Assembly (NCBI GenBank): GCA_951406725.2 | Contig: OX597823.1 | Span: 96,906,001 to 96,970,000 of the forward strand | From: Octopus vulgaris | Lineage: Eukaryota | Direction: 5' to 3' | DNA length: 64,000 nt | In this document: positions 60,654 to 64,000 of the stretch, piece by piece | How positions within the stretch are numbered: the first letter of the stretch is position 1 | Layout: each line of letters opens with the position of its first letter | Notes under the pieces: generated by a model | Databases searched by the model: none | What the model was told of the DNA's origin: nothing | Seen by the model: the letters and a program-made list of their open reading frames with translations, nothing else | Made by a program: the position numbers and the translations under genes

Positions 60654-61479
60654 TTTGTACTCTACAAAAATATGGGGCAACCCCTCAGGTTAATGTATAG
60701 TTGTTTTTATTATCATGGAACTGAACTTAAAAACAAAATATATATGTGCGTGTGTGTGTACATATGTATGTATATGTATGGGAAGAGTTCACGAAAAAAA
60801 CAAAAGATGAAGACAGGTGGTGTAGAAAACAAATAGATGTATTAGTATGACGCTCAAGAATTGAAAAAGTCTTTTACGTTTCGAGCCTATGCTCTTCTAC
60901 AGGAGGGAACACAGAAAAAAACAAGGAGAGAAAAAATATGTGTGCAGTGGCTACCGATCTATCATGGCGACTGCCAGACAGAAGGGTCACACAGGGTGTG
61001 TGTGTGTGTGTATGTGTGTTTATATGTGTATATATATATGTGGTGGTGGTGGTTGTTGTTGTTTTTTCTAATTTAAGTACAAAGCTAGTAATCCTAAGGA
61101 AAGTGGGTGTAGTTGATACCATTGACTGAAGTTGATAAAATAAAGTACTTGACTAGTACTTTATTTTATCAATTTCCAAAAGAATGAAGGCAAAGTTGAC
61201 CCCAAGGGGCAGTTTTTGTGGTATTTAGTTAGAAAACTTTACATTTTACACTCAGTTTAACTTTGTTTTTCATCCCACCAGGGGTGACAAAATGAAGTAG
61301 CAGCCAAGAATTGACTAATACCCTGCCCTCAAAATTGTTGGCTTTTTGCTTGAATCAGAAACAACAATAGCAACAAGAAAAAAAATAATAATGGTAGTAG
61401 TAGTATTAGTAGTAGTACTAGCAGCAGTAGCGGTGGTGGTGGTGGTGGTGGTGGTGGTAGTAGTAGTAGTAGTAGTAAT

Positions 61480-61880
61480 ATAGCAGCTAGAAAGCCTGAT
61501 TTGGTAGTAGTAGATAAAGAGAATAGAAAGTGCCAGATAATTGACTTTACAGTTCCAAATGATGAAAACAATATGAAAAGTATAGAAAAAATAGCAAAGT
61601 ACCAGGACCTAGCTATTGATTTACTGAGACAATGGAAAGTGTTGGTAAAATGTATCCCAGTAGTTATAGGTGCATTGGGAAATATCCCTAAAGATCTGAA
61701 CATATGGATAGAGGAAATAGGCATAAAACCCAGTTTGGTACAAGCTCCAGAAAACTGTTATTAGGGATAGCTAAGGTACTTAGGAGGGTTCTTGGCATCT
61801 AAGGTTACTTGTTGTAGCCCGATGTTAGGAATTATTCTTTTCCAACAGTCTAATCTGTTGTGTGTATCTGAAAGTAATAA
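61480..61880 (+). mobile_element. R4/Dong-clade LINE 3' fragment (RLE domain)
   Basis: ARKPDLVVVDKENRKCQIIDFTVPND..KIAKYQDL..IPVVIGALG. Confidence 0.85.
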
Positions 61881-63349
61881 TGTTTTCAAATTTTGGCACA
61901 AGGCCAGCAATTTCATGAGAGGGAGTAAGTTGATTATATCAATCTCAGTACTCTACTGGTACTCATTTTATCGACCCCAAAACATTGATGATGATGATGA
62001 CTATTTACTCTCCAAAGGTTTATGGAAAAACTGGGGACTGCACCTCCTTATGGTACTTATTAAATCACACTCAAGATTTTAGTTAAGTGTGAAGGTTATG
62101 GAATTACAGGCAATCATTGATCATTTAAGTATTAGAATTAGTGTCTTAATGTCTTGACCAACTGTTGCCTCTGAAATATTTATGTATATTCAACTAGCAA
62201 TAAAACTCTTTGTATAACATTAATTAGCTATTTCATTGCATATTTACACACACATATGTGCGTGTGTGTGTTTATATATTGAAAAGTATAATGAATAAAC
62301 ACTCCAATCGGTGAAAACAACTTTATATCATTCCCAAATTATCAAAAATCGAATATAAATGTATATTAAAAAAATAGGACACCCAATGGTAAGATGCAAC
62401 AGTATAAAATATACACATATACACGACTAAAAGGTGATAAAAGCTAAAAGGGTAATACAAGTGAGGTCGAATGAAGGAAAATATATGGAATGCATAATAA
62501 AGGCGACTAAAAATTGAAGGCAATGGTGCTAAAATGTTATAAATATATAAAAATACAAGAATATAAATATTTTAAAAAAGTGTAAGGTAACCAGAACAGA
62601 GTCCATTCAAGCCCATCTCTACTATTGTTTCAAAGGATGCTGCTTCACATCGTTAATGTACAATCCATTAAGGAAATCCAAAGGCGACACCTTTTCATTA
62701 GGAGAAAACTTACAAATGCTTCACATTTCTGGTTATCTCATTGTTCAATTGCATAAAGCGACCAGACAAGTTCAGTTGAATGAAATTACTTTCCAGTTCA
62801 ATGAAGTTATAAAATTCTCCTCTTTTACTCCCTGGCTCTTTGGAGCACGGCATATAGGTTGCAAAAGGAATAAACAGAGCTTCTAGGTCTATCAACCAAG
62901 AACATTCCCATACCTTCAAGGAAAATATACATGGAGTCACTTATGCACATCATCATCGTTTAACGTCTGTTTTCCATGCTAGCATGGGTTGGACAGTTCG
63001 ACATGGGTCTGGGAAGCCAGAAGGCTGCACCAGGCTCCAGTCTGATCAGGCAGTTTCTACAGCTGGATTCCCTTCCTAACGCCAACCACTCCGTGAGTGT
63101 AGTGGGTGCTTTTTACGTGCCAAGGGAGGCTGGCAGTGGCCACGATTGGTTGGTGCTTTTTACGTGCCACCGGCACAGAAGCCAGTCAAGGTGGCGCTGG
63201 CATCAGCCACGTTTGGATGGTGCTTTTTACGTGCCACTGGCAAAGGTATCACAACTACAATTTCCATTTGATATTTATTTTGATGTTGACGTACTTGAAT
63301 CAATAGGTCTCCTCAAGCACAGCAGGTCATATGCCACCGGCACAGAACT

Positions 63350-64000
63350 ACCAATTTTATTAATAGACTGCGATGGCATGCTTTCTCTGGACGAAATCAA
63401 CAACGATCATTACCACAATATCTTGTAGTTGGGCTTGTTGGATAGGACCCAACCCTACTCTCCAAAGACTCCTCCCTGTCTTTTGAAGGACCATAAGCCA
63501 GACTTTATGTTGGATCCATCCGTTAGGTTGATCTGCCCAACGAAGTCAGACCTTAGCAGGATAAGTAAATGCATTATTGATCAAATTATTCCATTTGTGA
63601 GGAATAAAGTACAACTTCCATTATGGAATTCAAATGGTGATGTCATCCTTTGGTTCAACTCCCTCATGGTTTAGCAGAAGTTAAGAGTTGTCCAATTTGA
63701 GATCTCTAACTATTATAACTCAATTCCCCCAATTCTGTTGAATAAGGCTCTCATTTTTGCCTATAATTTTGTTGAAATCCCTGACTCAGATTTTGACATT
63801 GTATTTGCAGCAAGGGAGACCCTCATCTCTTTCAATGAACAATACTGGATGAGAAGTGACACTCCCAACCATTCTGATATTACGATGGGGTCTTCAGGTT
63901 CTGCACAGGTGACTGACCTAGTGGGCCTATATCTCCTTTCCGAAATTAAGGCTAATTTTCCCCTTTTGGATGGTGGTCTTTATAGGGATGATGCACTGTT
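63350..64000 (+). mobile_element. Penelope-like element reverse transcriptase, degenerate, runs off the window
   Basis: LKDHKPDF..VRLICPTKSDLSRISK..W..VILWF, TAG stop, then same frame QFEISNYYNSI...DITMGSSGSAQVTDLVGLYLL...GLYRDDAL. Confidence 0.85.

Overview
Eukaryotic, AT-rich, repeat-dense genomic DNA. The SINE, MITE and microsatellite landscape looks like a coleoid cephalopod, probably Octopus (inference). Two spliced protein-coding genes lie on the + strand. (1) The 3' part of an integrin alpha subunit gene: 13 exons from 1610 to 36698, all GT-AG and phase-consistent, 677 aa. They cover the last FG-GAP blades, thigh, genu, calf-1, an unusually short calf-2, the TM helix and a GFFKR tail; the 5' end lies outside the window. 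(2) A two-exon PHOSPHO1/2-family HAD phosphatase (52578-52613 + 59658-60377, 251 aa) with a CpG-rich TATA/GC-box promoter. The rest is mostly mobile DNA: several tRNA-headed SINE families, R4/Dong, RTE, CR1-type and Penelope-like retroelement remnants, a 970-bp solo LTR, decayed mariner and maT transposons, a Helitron fragment, and piggyBac-, hAT- and Merlin-type MITEs. Points worth following up: a canonical minimal type I hammerhead ribozyme at 57553-57609 (-) plus several variant hammerhead-like motifs; many long inverted repeats inside the integrin pre-mRNA (possible ADAR or circRNA substrates); and a CpG-rich island in integrin intron 7 with possible nested antisense coding units, one carrying C-RGD-xxx-C. 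The nested-gene ideas are speculative. Exon and intron numbers refer to this window only; repeat boundaries are approximate.
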